From: Paenalcaligenes sp.
Lineage (GTDB): Bacteria > Pseudomonadota > Gammaproteobacteria > Burkholderiales > Burkholderiaceae_B
NCBI GenBank assembly: GCA_035301625.1
Contig: DATGTW010000071.1
Location: forward strand, 4,858 to 68,857
Length of the DNA stretch: 64,000 nucleotides
Reading direction: 5' to 3'
The position numbers were made by a program, and so were the translations under genes. The notes below the pieces were generated by a model, which was given only the letters and a program-made list of their open reading frames with translations, made no database searches and was not told the DNA's origin. How positions within the stretch are numbered: the first letter of the stretch is position 1; each line of letters starts with the position of its first letter. Positions 1-10,667 of the stretch are shown piece after piece.

Positions 1-2
1 AA

Positions 3-410
3 CGTTTAGCGTTACTTGGCTTAGGACTGGAAAAACGTCTGACTGATCGGATTGGTTTATTATCAGGAGGGCAGCGTCAGGCAGTGAGCTTGTTGATGGC
101 TGCAATGCGACCTTCCAAGATTTTATTGCTCGATGAGCATACCGCTGCGTTGGATCCGCGGACCGCTGCTTTTGTATTAGAGCTGACGCAAAAGCTGGTT
201 GCCGATGAGCACTTGACAACCATGATGGTGACGCACAGTATGCGCCAGGCACTCGACATTGGTGAACGCACTGTCATGCTGCACCAAGGCAAAGTAGTCT
301 TGGATGTCAGTGGAGAAGAGCGCTCAGGTCTGGATGTGGCTGATCTTTTGGCGATGTTCGAACGAGTACGAGGTGAGACACTGGATGATGATGCATTGCT
401 TTTGAGTTAA
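3..410 (+). CDS. ABC transporter ATP-binding protein, 3' part (5' end outside window)
   Basis: Frame is open from base 3 (RLALLGLGLEKRL...). It contains the LSGGQRQ signature, Walker B ILLLDEH and H-loop VTH. Confidence 0.9.
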   Translation, partial: RLALLGLGLEKRLTDRIGLLSGGQRQAVSLLMAAMRPSKILLLDEHTAALDPRTAAFVLELTQKLVADEHLTTMMVTHSMRQALDIGERTVMLHQGKVVLDVSGEERSGLDVADLLAMFERVRGETLDDDALLLS

Positions 411-549
411 GTTGTTGGACACACTTTTGTTGAAAAATCAACTTTGTTAATCATCGGTAATACCTATATACTTAATTTCTTTGATATTAATTCCTATTAA
501 CTTTAGCTGCTTTTAGTTGCTTATCTGCCCATCTGCAAGGAGCTTTTCT

Positions 550-1764
550 ATGCCTCGTAGCCGCTTTTTATCACGGCGTCTTTTACAGGTTTTTTTATGT
601 AGCACCGTGTTGTTGGTTGCTGCTTGCGGTAAACAAGAAGAACAATCGGCTCAACCCGATATGAAAGTTCCCGTACAGGTGGTACAGGTAAATCCAGAGC
701 CAACCCCACTATATATCGATTTGCCAGGCCGCGCGGATGCCATTAAAGACGCCCAAGTGCGTGCCCGGGTGACTGGAATCGTGACGGGTATCCATTTTGA
801 TCAGGGTAGTGATGTTGATGAGGGGCAGCTATTGTTTACGATTGATCCTGCACCTTATGAGGCTGCCCGCAATCAAGCTAAAGCGCGTTTACAACAAGCC
901 GAGGCTAACGCCAAATCAGCAGCAGCGCTGGCCAATCGCTATCAACGCCTGATTAAAGAACGCGCAATTAGTCAGCAAGACTACGATACAGCCATGGCAC
1001 AGCACCACCAGACTCAAGCCGAGGTGGCAGGTGCCAAAGCTGCTCTTGAGTCTGCAGAAATTGATTTAGGATATACCGAGGTGACTGCACCTATTAGTGG
1101 GCGTATCGGCAAAGCCGAGGTCACCGAGGGTGCACTGGTCAGTGCGACCGAGGCATCGCATCTTGCTACCATCCAGCAAATTGACGAGCTATATATAGAT
1201 ATTCGCCGGCCAGCCGAAGAGTTCATAGCCCTGCGCAAAGCCATTGCTAGCGGCTTGATTAAATCGAATAGCGAGGGTGAGGCTCAGGTCACTGCGTTAC
1301 TTGATGACCGCTCTGAATACCCAGAAAAAGGACGACTTCTCTTTTCTGGGGTATCTGTAGATCCCACCACAGGGCAGTTGGCCATGCGCGCTATTTTCCC
1401 TAATCCTGACCTCAATTTATTGCCTGGTATGTTTGTGCGTGTTCGTGTTGAGCAAGGGATAAAAGAAGATGCGTTAGCAGTACCAGCTCAAGCTATTCAA
1501 TACGGTGCGGGCGGCTCAACCACTGTTTATATTGTTGATGAAGAAGATAAAGCCCAGATAGCTCCCGTTAAAACAGGACAAGAGGTTAATGGCGTTATCG
1601 TTGTAGAGGAAGGTCTCAAACCAGATGCGACGGTCATCGTTGCGGGGTTTCAAAAAATCCGTCCAGGAGCACCTGTAGAGAAATTACCCTGGAAGGATGA
1701 TGAGCCTGTCACTGAAACAGATAGTGGGGCACCTGCATCTGAAGTCCAAGCCGAAAACGAATAA
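550..1764 (+). CDS. RND efflux periplasmic adaptor (MFP), AcrA/MexC family lipoprotein
   Basis: Lipobox LVAAC; VRARVTGIV, APISGRIG and LLPGMFVRV motifs. ATG at 550 follows AAGGAG. Confidence 0.92.
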   Translation: MPRSRFLSRRLLQVFLCSTVLLVAACGKQEEQSAQPDMKVPVQVVQVNPEPTPLYIDLPGRADAIKDAQVRARVTGIVTGIHFDQGSDVDEGQLLFTIDPAPYEAARNQAKARLQQAEANAKSAAALANRYQRLIKERAISQQDYDTAMAQHHQTQAEVAGAKAALESAEIDLGYTEVTAPISGRIGKAEVTEGALVSATEASHLATIQQIDELYIDIRRPAEEFIALRKAIASGLIKSNSEGEAQVTALLDDRSEYPEKGRLLFSGVSVDPTTGQLAMRAIFPNPDLNLLPGMFVRVRVEQGIKEDALAVPAQAIQYGAGGSTTVYIVDEEDKAQIAPVKTGQEVNGVIVVEEGLKPDATVIVAGFQKIRPGAPVEKLPWKDDEPVTETDSGAPASEVQAENE

Positions 1765-1807
1765 TCTCTTAATAGCGTCTGTCTTCTGCAGCGAATGAGT
1801 TTGTCTT

Positions 1808-4800
1808 ATGCCACATTTTTTTATTGATCGCCCAATTTTTGCATGGGTGGTTGCTCTGAGTATCGCGCTCTTTGGGTTGCTGGCACTGTCAACTATGCCA
1901 GTGTCGCAATACCCTGAGGTTGCGCCGCCTGCGATCGCTATTACTACAACTTATCCTGGTGCTTCAGCAGAGGATGCCTCCAGTTCGGTGGCCAGTATTA
2001 TCGAAAATGAGCTAAATGGCGCCAAGGGGTTGTTGTATTACGAGTCGGTGAGTGATTCTTATGGTCAGAGCCAAATTACTGCTACTTTTGAACCAGGCAC
2101 AGATCCGGATTTGGCTCAGGTTGATGTACAAAACCGAATCTCTAATGTGACTTCTAACTTGCCCGCTGCAGTTATGGAGCAGGGGCTCAAGGTAGAGCAG
2201 AGCACGGCCAGTTTTTTAATGGTTGTGGCGCTTTCATCCGAGGATGGCCGTTTAGACCAGGTGGATTTGGCAGACTACATTAAGCGTAATGTACAGAACG
2301 CTGTTTCTCGAGTGCCTGGAGTGGGGCAATTTCAATTATTTGCTTCTTCTCGCGCGATGCGTATCTGGGTAGATCCTGAAAAGCTAGTCAGCTATGACAT
2401 CAGCATGAGCGAGGTTAACCAAGCAATTAGTGAGCAAAACATACTCATTTCAGCTGGTATTCTTGGTTCTCCACCGAACCCTGAGAGCCAGCTAGTGGCT
2501 GCACCCATTGTGGCCAATGGACAGCTCAAGGATGCGGATGAATTTGGCAATATCGTGTTACGGGCTTACCCCGATGGATCTAGCGTACGCATTAAAGATA
2601 TTGCACGTGTTGAGGTCGGTGCCGACAACTATCAGTTTGGTGCGCGCTTAAACGGACAGCCTACTGCCGCTTTTGCAATATCTCTGGCTCCAGAGGCTAA
2701 TGCTCTGAGTACCGCTAAGGGCATTGAAGAAATGATGGATGAACTCGCTGAGTTTTTCCCAGAAGGGGTGAGCTATTCGATTCCATACGACACGACCCCC
2801 TATGTAGAAACTTCTATTGAACAGGTGGTGCATACATTACTTGAAGCAATGGTGTTGGTTTTCATTGTGATGTATGTGTTTTTGCAAAACATTCGTTACA
2901 CGATTATTCCGGCTTTGGTTGTTCCAGTGGCTATTCTGGGCTCTATGTTGGTCATGAATACACTGGGCTTTTCGGTCAACGTACTCACTATGTTCGCGAT
3001 GGTCTTGGCCATTGGTATCTTAGTGGATGATGCCATTGTCGTGGTAGAGAACGTTGAGCGAATTATGTCCGAAGAGGGATTACCCCCCAAAGAAGCAACG
3101 ATAAAGGCGATGCCACAAATCAGTGGGGCGATTATTGGTATTACCTTGATTCTTACTGTGGTCTTTATGCCGTTGGCCTTTATGGATGGTTCTGTAGGGG
3201 TCATCTACCGACAGTTTGCGGTGGCGATGGCCAGTTCGATTTTTTTCTCGGGTTTTCTTGCTTTGAGCTTCACCCCGGCATTATGTGCCACTTTACTCAA
3301 GCCAGTAGCCGAAGAAGACCAGGGTCGAGAGCGGCGTGGCTTTTTTGGTATTTTTAACCGCGTTTTTAATGGCATCTCTGATCGGTACGAAAGATTTGTG
3401 GGGCGCAGCTTTAAGCACCTCGGCAAAGGCATGTTGATTTATGCGTTGCTGGTAGTTTTACTTGCATGGGGATATATCCGTTTGCCCACTTCATTCTTGC
3501 CGTCCGAGGATCAGGGCTTTGTTATCGCTAATATGGAGCTGCCCAGTGGGTCTACAGCGAATCGAACCATGGATACTATTGAGGATGTAGAAAACTACTT
3601 CCTTAATCAACCTCAAGTCGATAATATGGTGGCGGTGCGTGGATTTAGTTTTAACGGTAATGGCCTGAATGCGGGTTTGGCTTTTGTGACTCTCAAAGAC
3701 TTTAGTGAGCGCCGCGGACCAGGGGATTCTGCTCAAGCTATAGCGGACAAAGCCATGGGGCAACTACTGTATGGCATTCCTGACGCTATGGTCTTTACTA
3801 TCGTGCCCCCCGCCATTATGGAATTAGGTAATGCGCAAGGTTTTGATATGCGCCTCGAGGACCGCGGTGGTCTGGGTCATGATGCTCTGATGGAAGGTGC
3901 CCAGCAGCTCATGCAAATGGCAGCAGAAAGCCCCGTGTTGACTCAAACGCGTATTACAGGCCTAGCACCTGGTCAGCAGTGGAATATTACGATTGACCGT
4001 GAAAAAGCAGCCGCACAAGGGGTGTCGTTCAACGAAGCAGCTCAGTTACTTTCTACTGCTTTGGGTTCAGCATATATTGGTAAATATACCAATGAAGGCT
4101 GGGTGGAAAATGTCTGGGTTCAAGCCGAAGAAGATTTCCGCATGGACATTGATCAAGTAATGCAGATGAATGTCAAAAACAACCAAGGCAAGATGGTTCC
4201 TCTAAGTACATTCGTGACTGCCGAACCTGACCTCGCCCCAGTTCAAATTGTGCGTTACAACAGTTATGAATCGATACGTTTTAACGGTGAAGCTGCGCCT
4301 GGCCACACCAGTGGTGAAGCCATGGCTGAAATGGAGCGGTTAGTCGGTGAACTACCTTCAGGATTCGGTTATGAATGGACTGGGCTCTCTTACCAAGAAC
4401 AAGAAGCTGCTGGTCAGACAATCATTCTGATGGCCTTATCTGTGCTGGTCGTTTTCATGGTGCTCTCTGCCCTTTACGAGAGTTGGGCTATTCCGCTTTC
4501 TGTGTTGCTTGCGGTTCCCTTGGGGATGCTTGGTGTCGTAGGGATGGTTACTCTCAAGGGCATGGCAAATGACGTGTATTTTCAAGTTGGTATGATTACC
4601 GTGATTGGTCTTGCTGCTAAAAACGCCATTTTAATTGTTGAATTTGCCAAGGATGCGTACGCTCGAACAGATGAGCTAATCGAGTCCACAGCACATGCTG
4701 CGCGTTTGCGTTTTAGGCCGATTGTAATGACTTCTTTTGCGTTTATTTTAGGGGTCACACCCTTAGCTTTATCCAGTGGTGCAGGGGCGGCCAGCCAGAA

Positions 4801-5020
4801 TGCCGTTGGGTTTGGCGTTTTGGGCGGAATGTTGGCCGCAACACCATTGGCAGTGATTTTTGTCCCTATTTTCTTTGTCGTCGTGATGCGTTTATTTAAA
4901 ACCAAGCCCCGTCTATTAGGGGCAGATGCTCGTGCTTTCGAAGAAGAACAAGCACGTAAGCGTGCCTTGGAAAATAAGGGCGCATCAGACTCAGATAGTG
5001 ACAATCAGGAGAACTCATAA
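1808..5020 (+). CDS. RND efflux permease, HAE1 family (AcrB/MexD-like)
   Basis: 1070 aa; FFIDRPIFAWV N-terminus; proton-relay motifs GILVDDAIVVVEN, AAKNAILIVEF and RFRPIVMTS. Confidence 0.96.
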   Translation: MPHFFIDRPIFAWVVALSIALFGLLALSTMPVSQYPEVAPPAIAITTTYPGASAEDASSSVASIIENELNGAKGLLYYESVSDSYGQSQITATFEPGTDPDLAQVDVQNRISNVTSNLPAAVMEQGLKVEQSTASFLMVVALSSEDGRLDQVDLADYIKRNVQNAVSRVPGVGQFQLFASSRAMRIWVDPEKLVSYDISMSEVNQAISEQNILISAGILGSPPNPESQLVAAPIVANGQLKDADEFGNIVLRAYPDGSSVRIKDIARVEVGADNYQFGARLNGQPTAAFAISLAPEANALSTAKGIEEMMDELAEFFPEGVSYSIPYDTTPYVETSIEQVVHTLLEAMVLVFIVMYVFLQNIRYTIIPALVVPVAILGSMLVMNTLGFSVNVLTMFAMVLAIGILVDDAIVVVENVERIMSEEGLPPKEATIKAMPQISGAIIGITLILTVVFMPLAFMDGSVGVIYRQFAVAMASSIFFSGFLALSFTPALCATLLKPVAEEDQGRERRGFFGIFNRVFNGISDRYERFVGRSFKHLGKGMLIYALLVVLLAWGYIRLPTSFLPSEDQGFVIANMELPSGSTANRTMDTIEDVENYFLNQPQVDNMVAVRGFSFNGNGLNAGLAFVTLKDFSERRGPGDSAQAIADKAMGQLLYGIPDAMVFTIVPPAIMELGNAQGFDMRLEDRGGLGHDALMEGAQQLMQMAAESPVLTQTRITGLAPGQQWNITIDREKAAAQGVSFNEAAQLLSTALGSAYIGKYTNEGWVENVWVQAEEDFRMDIDQVMQMNVKNNQGKMVPLSTFVTAEPDLAPVQIVRYNSYESIRFNGEAAPGHTSGEAMAEMERLVGELPSGFGYEWTGLSYQEQEAAGQTIILMALSVLVVFMVLSALYESWAIPLSVLLAVPLGMLGVVGMVTLKGMANDVYFQVGMITVIGLAAKNAILIVEFAKDAYARTDELIESTAHAARLRFRPIVMTSFAFILGVTPLALSSGAGAASQNAVGFGVLGGMLAATPLAVIFVPIFFVVVMRLFKTKPRLLGADARAFEEEQARKRALENKGASDSDSDNQENS

Positions 5021-6513
5021 TGGGTGCCCCATTTAGATTAAAGATTTCTACCTTAGGTGCCGCTTTGGTGCTGGCAGGGTGTTCTTTGGCGCCGACATAC
5101 GAGCAGCCAGAAGCCCCTATCCCTGCAGAGTACCCTTTGGTTGGGGTCTCTGAAACCGAGCTAGCACAAGCTGATACTGAATTTAATGAATTGGGGTGGG
5201 ATCAGTTTTTTAATGATCCTCAACTTAAAAAGCTGATTGATGTCGCTTTAGATAATAATCGCGATATCCGTATTGCTCTGGATCGTGTCCTTGAGGCACA
5301 GGCACAATTTGGAATAGCGCGTAGTGACCAAGTACCAGCCTTTGGTATTGGTGGGAGTGGTGAGGTGACGCGCATGCCATCAGATATGCGTATCGCTGGT
5401 CCGCAGTCCCCGGCAATTAGCCGCACTTTCCAAGCTGGTGTGGGGATGACTGCCTTTGAACTTGACTTTTTTGGGCGCTTAAAAAACCTCAGTGAATCTG
5501 CCTATCAGCAGTTTTTAGCAACCGCCGAGTCACAGCGTACCGTGCAAATCAATGTGATCGCAGCTGTTGCCGAAAGTTATTTACGATGGCGTGCTGCCCA
5601 AACAATGTTGCAGCTCACAGAGCAAACTGAAAAGAGCCGTCAAGAGACACTTAATTTGGTGACTCACCTATATGAGGTTGGGACGGCATCAGCACTCGAT
5701 CTCGAGCAAGCTCGATTGCAGCTTGATACGGTGAGAGCCGATCTCAAAGAAATGCAACGTCAATTAACATTGGCTAAAAATGCGCTTGAGCTAGTATTGG
5801 GCACCTCAATGCCTGTTGACTTGCCAGAAAGCATTGCGTTCTCCCAAGACCAAATCATTGCGGATATCCCAGTGGGATTGCCTTCATCCTTATTGGTTAG
5901 ACGTCCAGACATACGTGCTGCAGAGCACCAACTGAAAGCGTCTTATGCTAATGTAGGTGCAGCGCGGGCAGCATTTTTTCCGCAAATATCGCTCACAGGT
6001 TTATTTGGTTTGGCCAGCCCTTCGTTTAGCCGTTTATTCCGTTCTGGGAATGATTTTTGGCAGTATTCGCCTCAAATCACCATGCCCTTGTTTTCTGGTG
6101 GTGTCGAAGGGGCTTATGACTTGGCTAAAGCCCGACAAAATATCGCTGTCTCTGAATACGAGAAGACCATTCAAACTGCATTTAGAGAGGTTTCAGATGC
6201 TTTAGCGGGTGAAGCCACTTACCAAGAGCAGTTAGATTCTATGCGCGCCATGGAAGGCTCAGCAGCAGAGAGTCTGCGATTAGCCAATCTACGCTACGAA
6301 ACGGGGATTGACAGTTTTTTACAGGTACAAACGGCCGAGGTTAATCTATACGGTACGCAACTGCAATTTGTGCAAACAGGCTTAGAGTCTTTGCTTAACC
6401 GTCTTAATTTATATAAGGCTTTGGGCGGCGGGTGGAACTTTGATGAAGATACGTTGCAGGCCCTTGAAGAGCAGCAACGCGAACTACAAGAGGCTCGAAA
6501 CTCACAGAATTAA
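5020..6513 (+). CDS. RND efflux outer-membrane factor lipoprotein (OprM/OprJ family)
   Basis: Lipobox LAGCSLAP; RRPDIRAAEH, AARAAFFP and LYKALGGGW motifs. TAATG overlap with the permease stop. Confidence 0.94.
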   Translation: MGAPFRLKISTLGAALVLAGCSLAPTYEQPEAPIPAEYPLVGVSETELAQADTEFNELGWDQFFNDPQLKKLIDVALDNNRDIRIALDRVLEAQAQFGIARSDQVPAFGIGGSGEVTRMPSDMRIAGPQSPAISRTFQAGVGMTAFELDFFGRLKNLSESAYQQFLATAESQRTVQINVIAAVAESYLRWRAAQTMLQLTEQTEKSRQETLNLVTHLYEVGTASALDLEQARLQLDTVRADLKEMQRQLTLAKNALELVLGTSMPVDLPESIAFSQDQIIADIPVGLPSSLLVRRPDIRAAEHQLKASYANVGAARAAFFPQISLTGLFGLASPSFSRLFRSGNDFWQYSPQITMPLFSGGVEGAYDLAKARQNIAVSEYEKTIQTAFREVSDALAGEATYQEQLDSMRAMEGSAAESLRLANLRYETGIDSFLQVQTAEVNLYGTQLQFVQTGLESLLNRLNLYKALGGGWNFDEDTLQALEEQQRELQEARNSQN

Positions 6514-6571
6514 ATGAGCATGATAAAGTAATTACAGAAGTCTCTTTGAAAACTCTATTTTGAGGTAAGTA

Positions 6572-7303
6572 ATGATTGAATTAGGTGTCAATATTGACCA
6601 CGTTGCAACACTACGTCAGCAGCGGCTAACTACTTATCCAGATCCGCTGCGTGCAGCTCAACTTGCTGAAGATTCAGGTGCAGATCTGATCACCTTGCAT
6701 TTACGCGAAGACCGTCGCCATATTCAGGATGCTGATGTCTATGCTTTACGTAGGCAAATTCGCACACGTATGAACCTTGAATGCGCGATCACAACCGAGA
6801 TGCTGGATATTTCGTGCGAGGTCTTACCTGATGATGTGTGCCTTGTGCCGGAAAAACGCAATGAGCTCACGACCGAAGGTGGTCTCGATGTGCTCAAGCA
6901 TTTTGATCAGGTAAAGGCTGCAGTTGCACAGCTACAGAATGTAGGAATACGAGTTTCTATCTTTATTGATCCCGATGTGGAGCAAATAGAGGCCGCAAAA
7001 CGAGCCGGTGCGACTGTAATCGAGCTGCATACAGGCACCTACGCAGACGCACCTGATGCCGAGCGCCAAGAGCAAGAATTAGAAAGAATTCGCATTGGTA
7101 CGACAGCGGGTGTTGCCGAAGGTTTACGGGTCAATGCGGGGCATGGTTTGCACTACCAAAATGTACAACCAGTAGCTGCTATCGAAGGGATTGATGAATT
7201 AAATATTGGGCATGCTATTGTTTCTCAGTCAATTTTTGATGGGTGGACCAAAGCTATTCGTGACATGAAAGCATTGATGCGACTTGCACGTGGCACATTT
7301 TAA
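6572..7303 (+). CDS. pdxJ: Pyridoxine 5'-phosphate synthase
   Basis: [34 protein letters not shown] and ELNIGH motifs. Confidence 0.97.
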   Translation: MIELGVNIDHVATLRQQRLTTYPDPLRAAQLAEDSGADLITLHLREDRRHIQDADVYALRRQIRTRMNLECAITTEMLDISCEVLPDDVCLVPEKRNELTTEGGLDVLKHFDQVKAAVAQLQNVGIRVSIFIDPDVEQIEAAKRAGATVIELHTGTYADAPDAERQEQELERIRIGTTAGVAEGLRVNAGHGLHYQNVQPVAAIEGIDELNIGHAIVSQSIFDGWTKAIRDMKALMRLARGTF

Positions 7304-7318
7304 TTCTCAGAGAGGCTT

Positions 7319-7888
7319 ATGAACCCCGTAATTGAAAGTTTACAATCACGAAATTCTGTCAAGTTAGTTAAAGCCCCTGGGCCAAGCGCAGAAGAGTTTG
7401 CTCAAATCATGCAAACAGCGATGCGCGCCCCCGATCATGGTCGTTTACGCCCGTGGCGTTTCAAACGCATATTGCCAGAGCAGGTCGATCAATTGATGGA
7501 TTTAGCGATTAAGGCGTTGGCAGATGAGGGCACCCCTTATACGGATGCTAAAATTGCTACCACTCGCCGTTGGTTAGATCAGGCCCCTGTAATCATGGCA
7601 GTGGCTTGTTATATTGATCACAGTAATGAGCGCATCCCACATCAGGAACGTATGTTAGCTACGGGTGCCGCTGTGATGAATATTTTAAACGCCAGTAATG
7701 CCTTGGGTTATGCGGCTTATTGGAGTACGGGTCTTGGGACCTATACTCAGGCAGTACCTGAGGCACTGGGCTTTGACGATTTGGAATACCAATTCATGGG
7801 CTTTGTGACTATCGGTACGCCCATGGCCGAAGTCCGACCCAAAGAGCGTCCTGACTATACAGAGTTTTATAGTGAGTGGACGCCTTAG
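7319..7888 (+). CDS. Nitroreductase-family protein (YdjA-like)
   Basis: APDHGRLRPWRF motif; C-terminal GFVTIGTP; 189 aa. Confidence 0.88.
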   Translation: MNPVIESLQSRNSVKLVKAPGPSAEEFAQIMQTAMRAPDHGRLRPWRFKRILPEQVDQLMDLAIKALADEGTPYTDAKIATTRRWLDQAPVIMAVACYIDHSNERIPHQERMLATGAAVMNILNASNALGYAAYWSTGLGTYTQAVPEALGFDDLEYQFMGFVTIGTPMAEVRPKERPDYTEFYSEWTP

Positions 7889-7939
7889 AATTAGTTGAGG
7901 CCTTTTTAGTTGGAAATAAACATATACGCGGTAGGCGGT

Positions 7940-8368
7940 TTAAATATCACCTGCTGCGTTTTTGTTTTCCAGACCCTGCAAGATAGGACAATCTGGTCGA
8001 TCGTCACCTTGGCAGCGCTCGCTGAGCTCTTTTAGGGTAGCAGCCATGGCTAAAAGGGTATTGGCACGTTCCTCTAGGGATTGAATGTGTTTTAATGCGA
8101 GTGATTTGACCTCAGAGCTACTGCGTGATTTGTTATGCCATAGTTGCAATAGTTCTTGTAGTTGAGCCAATGAAAAGCCTAATTTACGAGCTTGACGGAT
8201 AAAATGCAGGGTTTGGAGGTCATTGTTGTTGAATAAACGATAACCACTCTCTGATCGGGTCACGGCCCCCAAGAGGCCGTGACGCTCGTAGTCGCGTATC
8301 ATTTTGGCAGTCAAGCCTGTTTTTTTGGCAATTTGGCCAATCGTATAGGTGGTTTTTAGATGGTTCAT
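7940..8368 (-). CDS. cueR: Cu(I)-responsive MerR-family regulator
   Basis: MerR HTH (IGQIAKKTGLTAKMIRDYE) and metal loop CQGDDRPDCPIL. ATGA overlap with the copA stop. Confidence 0.93.
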   Translation of the reverse strand: MNHLKTTYTIGQIAKKTGLTAKMIRDYERHGLLGAVTRSESGYRLFNNNDLQTLHFIRQARKLGFSLAQLQELLQLWHNKSRSSSEVKSLALKHIQSLEERANTLLAMAATLKELSERCQGDDRPDCPILQGLENKNAAGDI

Positions 8369-10635
8369 CGCAAGTGTATGTATCGTAGTCGTAGCGCATT
8401 GCTCACAACGAATACACTGGAGAGTGCCATTGCTATCGCGCTATAGATAGGCGAAAACAAATGGCCTGAGAAATAAAACAACACACCAGCGGCAAGAGGT
8501 ATAAGCGCAACGTTGTATGCAAATGCCCAAAATAAGTTTTGCTTGATATTGCGCAGAGTCAGTCGTGCTAGTTGGATGCCAGTTGAAATATGTGAAAGCT
8601 TGGCGCCTAGCAAAACTACATCGGCTGACTCAATGGCGACATCAGTGCCGCCGCCAATGGCAATACCAATATCAGATTGTGCAAGGGCGGGCGCGTCGTT
8701 GATACCATCCCCGACAAATGCGGTTAGCCCATCTTGTGCCTGAAGCATTTTGACAATTGAGGCCTTATCGTCGGGCTTTGTCTGCGCGTACACCCCGTTA
8801 ATTCCGAGTTTATCAGCAACATATTGTGCTGTTAAGGGGTGATCACCCGTAATCATTGTGCTTTTAATGTGATTTTTTGTTAACCAGCTGATGACTTCTT
8901 TAGCTTCTTGGCGAATGGGGTCACTGATGGTCAGCACACCAAGCAGTTGATTATCTCGGGCAATATATACTGGTGTTTGTCCTTGTTTGGCCCATTCGTT
9001 AAACCGCTTGGCAAATGCTTCGGTGTTTACTTGACGCGATTTCATTAAATCGTCCGAGCCCAATAAATAATGGTGTCCTCTTACGTTGGCTTGAACGCCA
9101 AGTCCAGTGAGCGCTTTAAATTCATTGGGTTCTTGCCAGCTGAGATTCTGCTCTTCGGCAGCGGCAACGATGGCCAAAGCAATAGGGTGTTCAGAATGGC
9201 TTTGCACAGCAGCGAGATCACTGAGAATCTCATTTTTATCTATTCCCTCGGCGACTTCTAAGCGGCTAAGCGTGGGCTCGCCAATGGTTAGTGTCCCTGT
9301 TTTATCAAAAGCGATGTTTTTTACTTGGGCCAGTTGCTGTAGGGCTTGTCCTTGGCGAAATAGTACTCCTGATTTGGCTGCGCGGCCGGTGCCCACCATA
9401 ATGGATGTGGGTGTGGCCAGACCCATTGCACATGGACATGCCACAATTAAAACAGCTACGGCGTTAACGACTGCAATGCTTAATCCTCCTTGGCCTGAAA
9501 TAAAAGCCCAGTAAATAAAGCTTAATGTAGCAATGACCAACACTACAGGCACAAACCAAAGCGTAATTTTATCTACGAGTGCTTGTACGGGCAGTTTGTT
9601 TTCCTGCGCATTTTCAACCAAGCGGATAATATTGGCCAAGACTGATTCCTGTGGCAAATGGGTGACGCGAACGCGTATAGAGCTAGAGCCATTCAAAGTG
9701 CCTCCGATGACCTCATCACCTGACTCTTTGCGCACAGGCATGGATTCGCCAGTAATCATCATTTCGTTGATATGCGCAACACCATCTACAACGATCCCAT
9801 CAGCAGCAACAGTTTCTCCAGGTTGAATAAGGATTTCATCATCAATACGTAACTGATCGATGGGTAATATCTCCCAACGACCTTCACGGTAAATACGTGC
9901 ACTGGCACTCTGTAGGCTGAGCAATTCTTGGATTGCTGCACCTGTTTGTCCCTTGGCTCGTGCCTCAAAGTATTTACCCAGTAGAATCAAGGTAATAACG
10001 ACTGCTGCAGCCTCAAAATATAGATGGGCTGCACCTTGGGGTAATAATTGTGGCGCGACGGTTGCGACTGTTGAATAGAGCCAAGCACTGCCCGCACCAA
10101 TAGCTACCAGTGTATTCATGTCAGGAGCGCGTTGAGCCAAAGCGCGAAAACCCAAAGAGAAGAAACTCCAACCAGGAAACAAAATAACCAATGTGGTCAG
10201 TACGAATTGAAAGTAAGCTAGAGTACGCACAGTAACCATGCTGTGCAGCCAATCGCCAAAGCCGGGGATGAGGTGTGCACCCATATCCGTAATGAATACA
10301 GGCAAGCTTAGAATCAAAGCAATATAGAAGTTCTTCTTTTTGGTTTCAGCCTCATCATGCAATGCGGTTTGCGAAGCAGCAAAGATTTCCTCTTTGTTGT
10401 CTTCGGTAATTTCAGTTGCATGAAAGCCTTTTTTATCAATGGCACCGATCATCTCGTTGATGGCTGCAGGCTGACTGGCTTCGAGCTCGACATAAGCTTT
10501 AGCAGTGGCTAAGTTGACCGAAGCTAGCTTGACGCCAGGCAATTCAGTAAGTGCTCGTTCTACGTGCCGTACACAGGCTGCACAATTCATTCCTTGCACT
10601 GAAAGCTGAACGGCATTTGATGGTTTTGTGTCCAT
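8365..10635 (-). CDS. copA: Cu(I)-exporting P1B-1 ATPase
   Basis: One N-terminal GMNCAAC domain; TGES, CPC, DKTGT, SEHP and GDGIND motifs; YN (AFAYN) and MxxSS signatures. Confidence 0.96.
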   Translation of the reverse strand: MDTKPSNAVQLSVQGMNCAACVRHVERALTELPGVKLASVNLATAKAYVELEASQPAAINEMIGAIDKKGFHATEITEDNKEEIFAASQTALHDEAETKKKNFYIALILSLPVFITDMGAHLIPGFGDWLHSMVTVRTLAYFQFVLTTLVILFPGWSFFSLGFRALAQRAPDMNTLVAIGAGSAWLYSTVATVAPQLLPQGAAHLYFEAAAVVITLILLGKYFEARAKGQTGAAIQELLSLQSASARIYREGRWEILPIDQLRIDDEILIQPGETVAADGIVVDGVAHINEMMITGESMPVRKESGDEVIGGTLNGSSSIRVRVTHLPQESVLANIIRLVENAQENKLPVQALVDKITLWFVPVVLVIATLSFIYWAFISGQGGLSIAVVNAVAVLIVACPCAMGLATPTSIMVGTGRAAKSGVLFRQGQALQQLAQVKNIAFDKTGTLTIGEPTLSRLEVAEGIDKNEILSDLAAVQSHSEHPIALAIVAAAEEQNLSWQEPNEFKALTGLGVQANVRGHHYLLGSDDLMKSRQVNTEAFAKRFNEWAKQGQTPVYIARDNQLLGVLTISDPIRQEAKEVISWLTKNHIKSTMITGDHPLTAQYVADKLGINGVYAQTKPDDKASIVKMLQAQDGLTAFVGDGINDAPALAQSDIGIAIGGGTDVAIESADVVLLGAKLSHISTGIQLARLTLRNIKQNLFWAFAYNVALIPLAAGVLFYFSGHLFSPIYSAIAMALSSVFVVSNALRLRYIHLR

Positions 10636-10667
10636 GCTATCCTCGAAATAATTATATAGATATCTAT

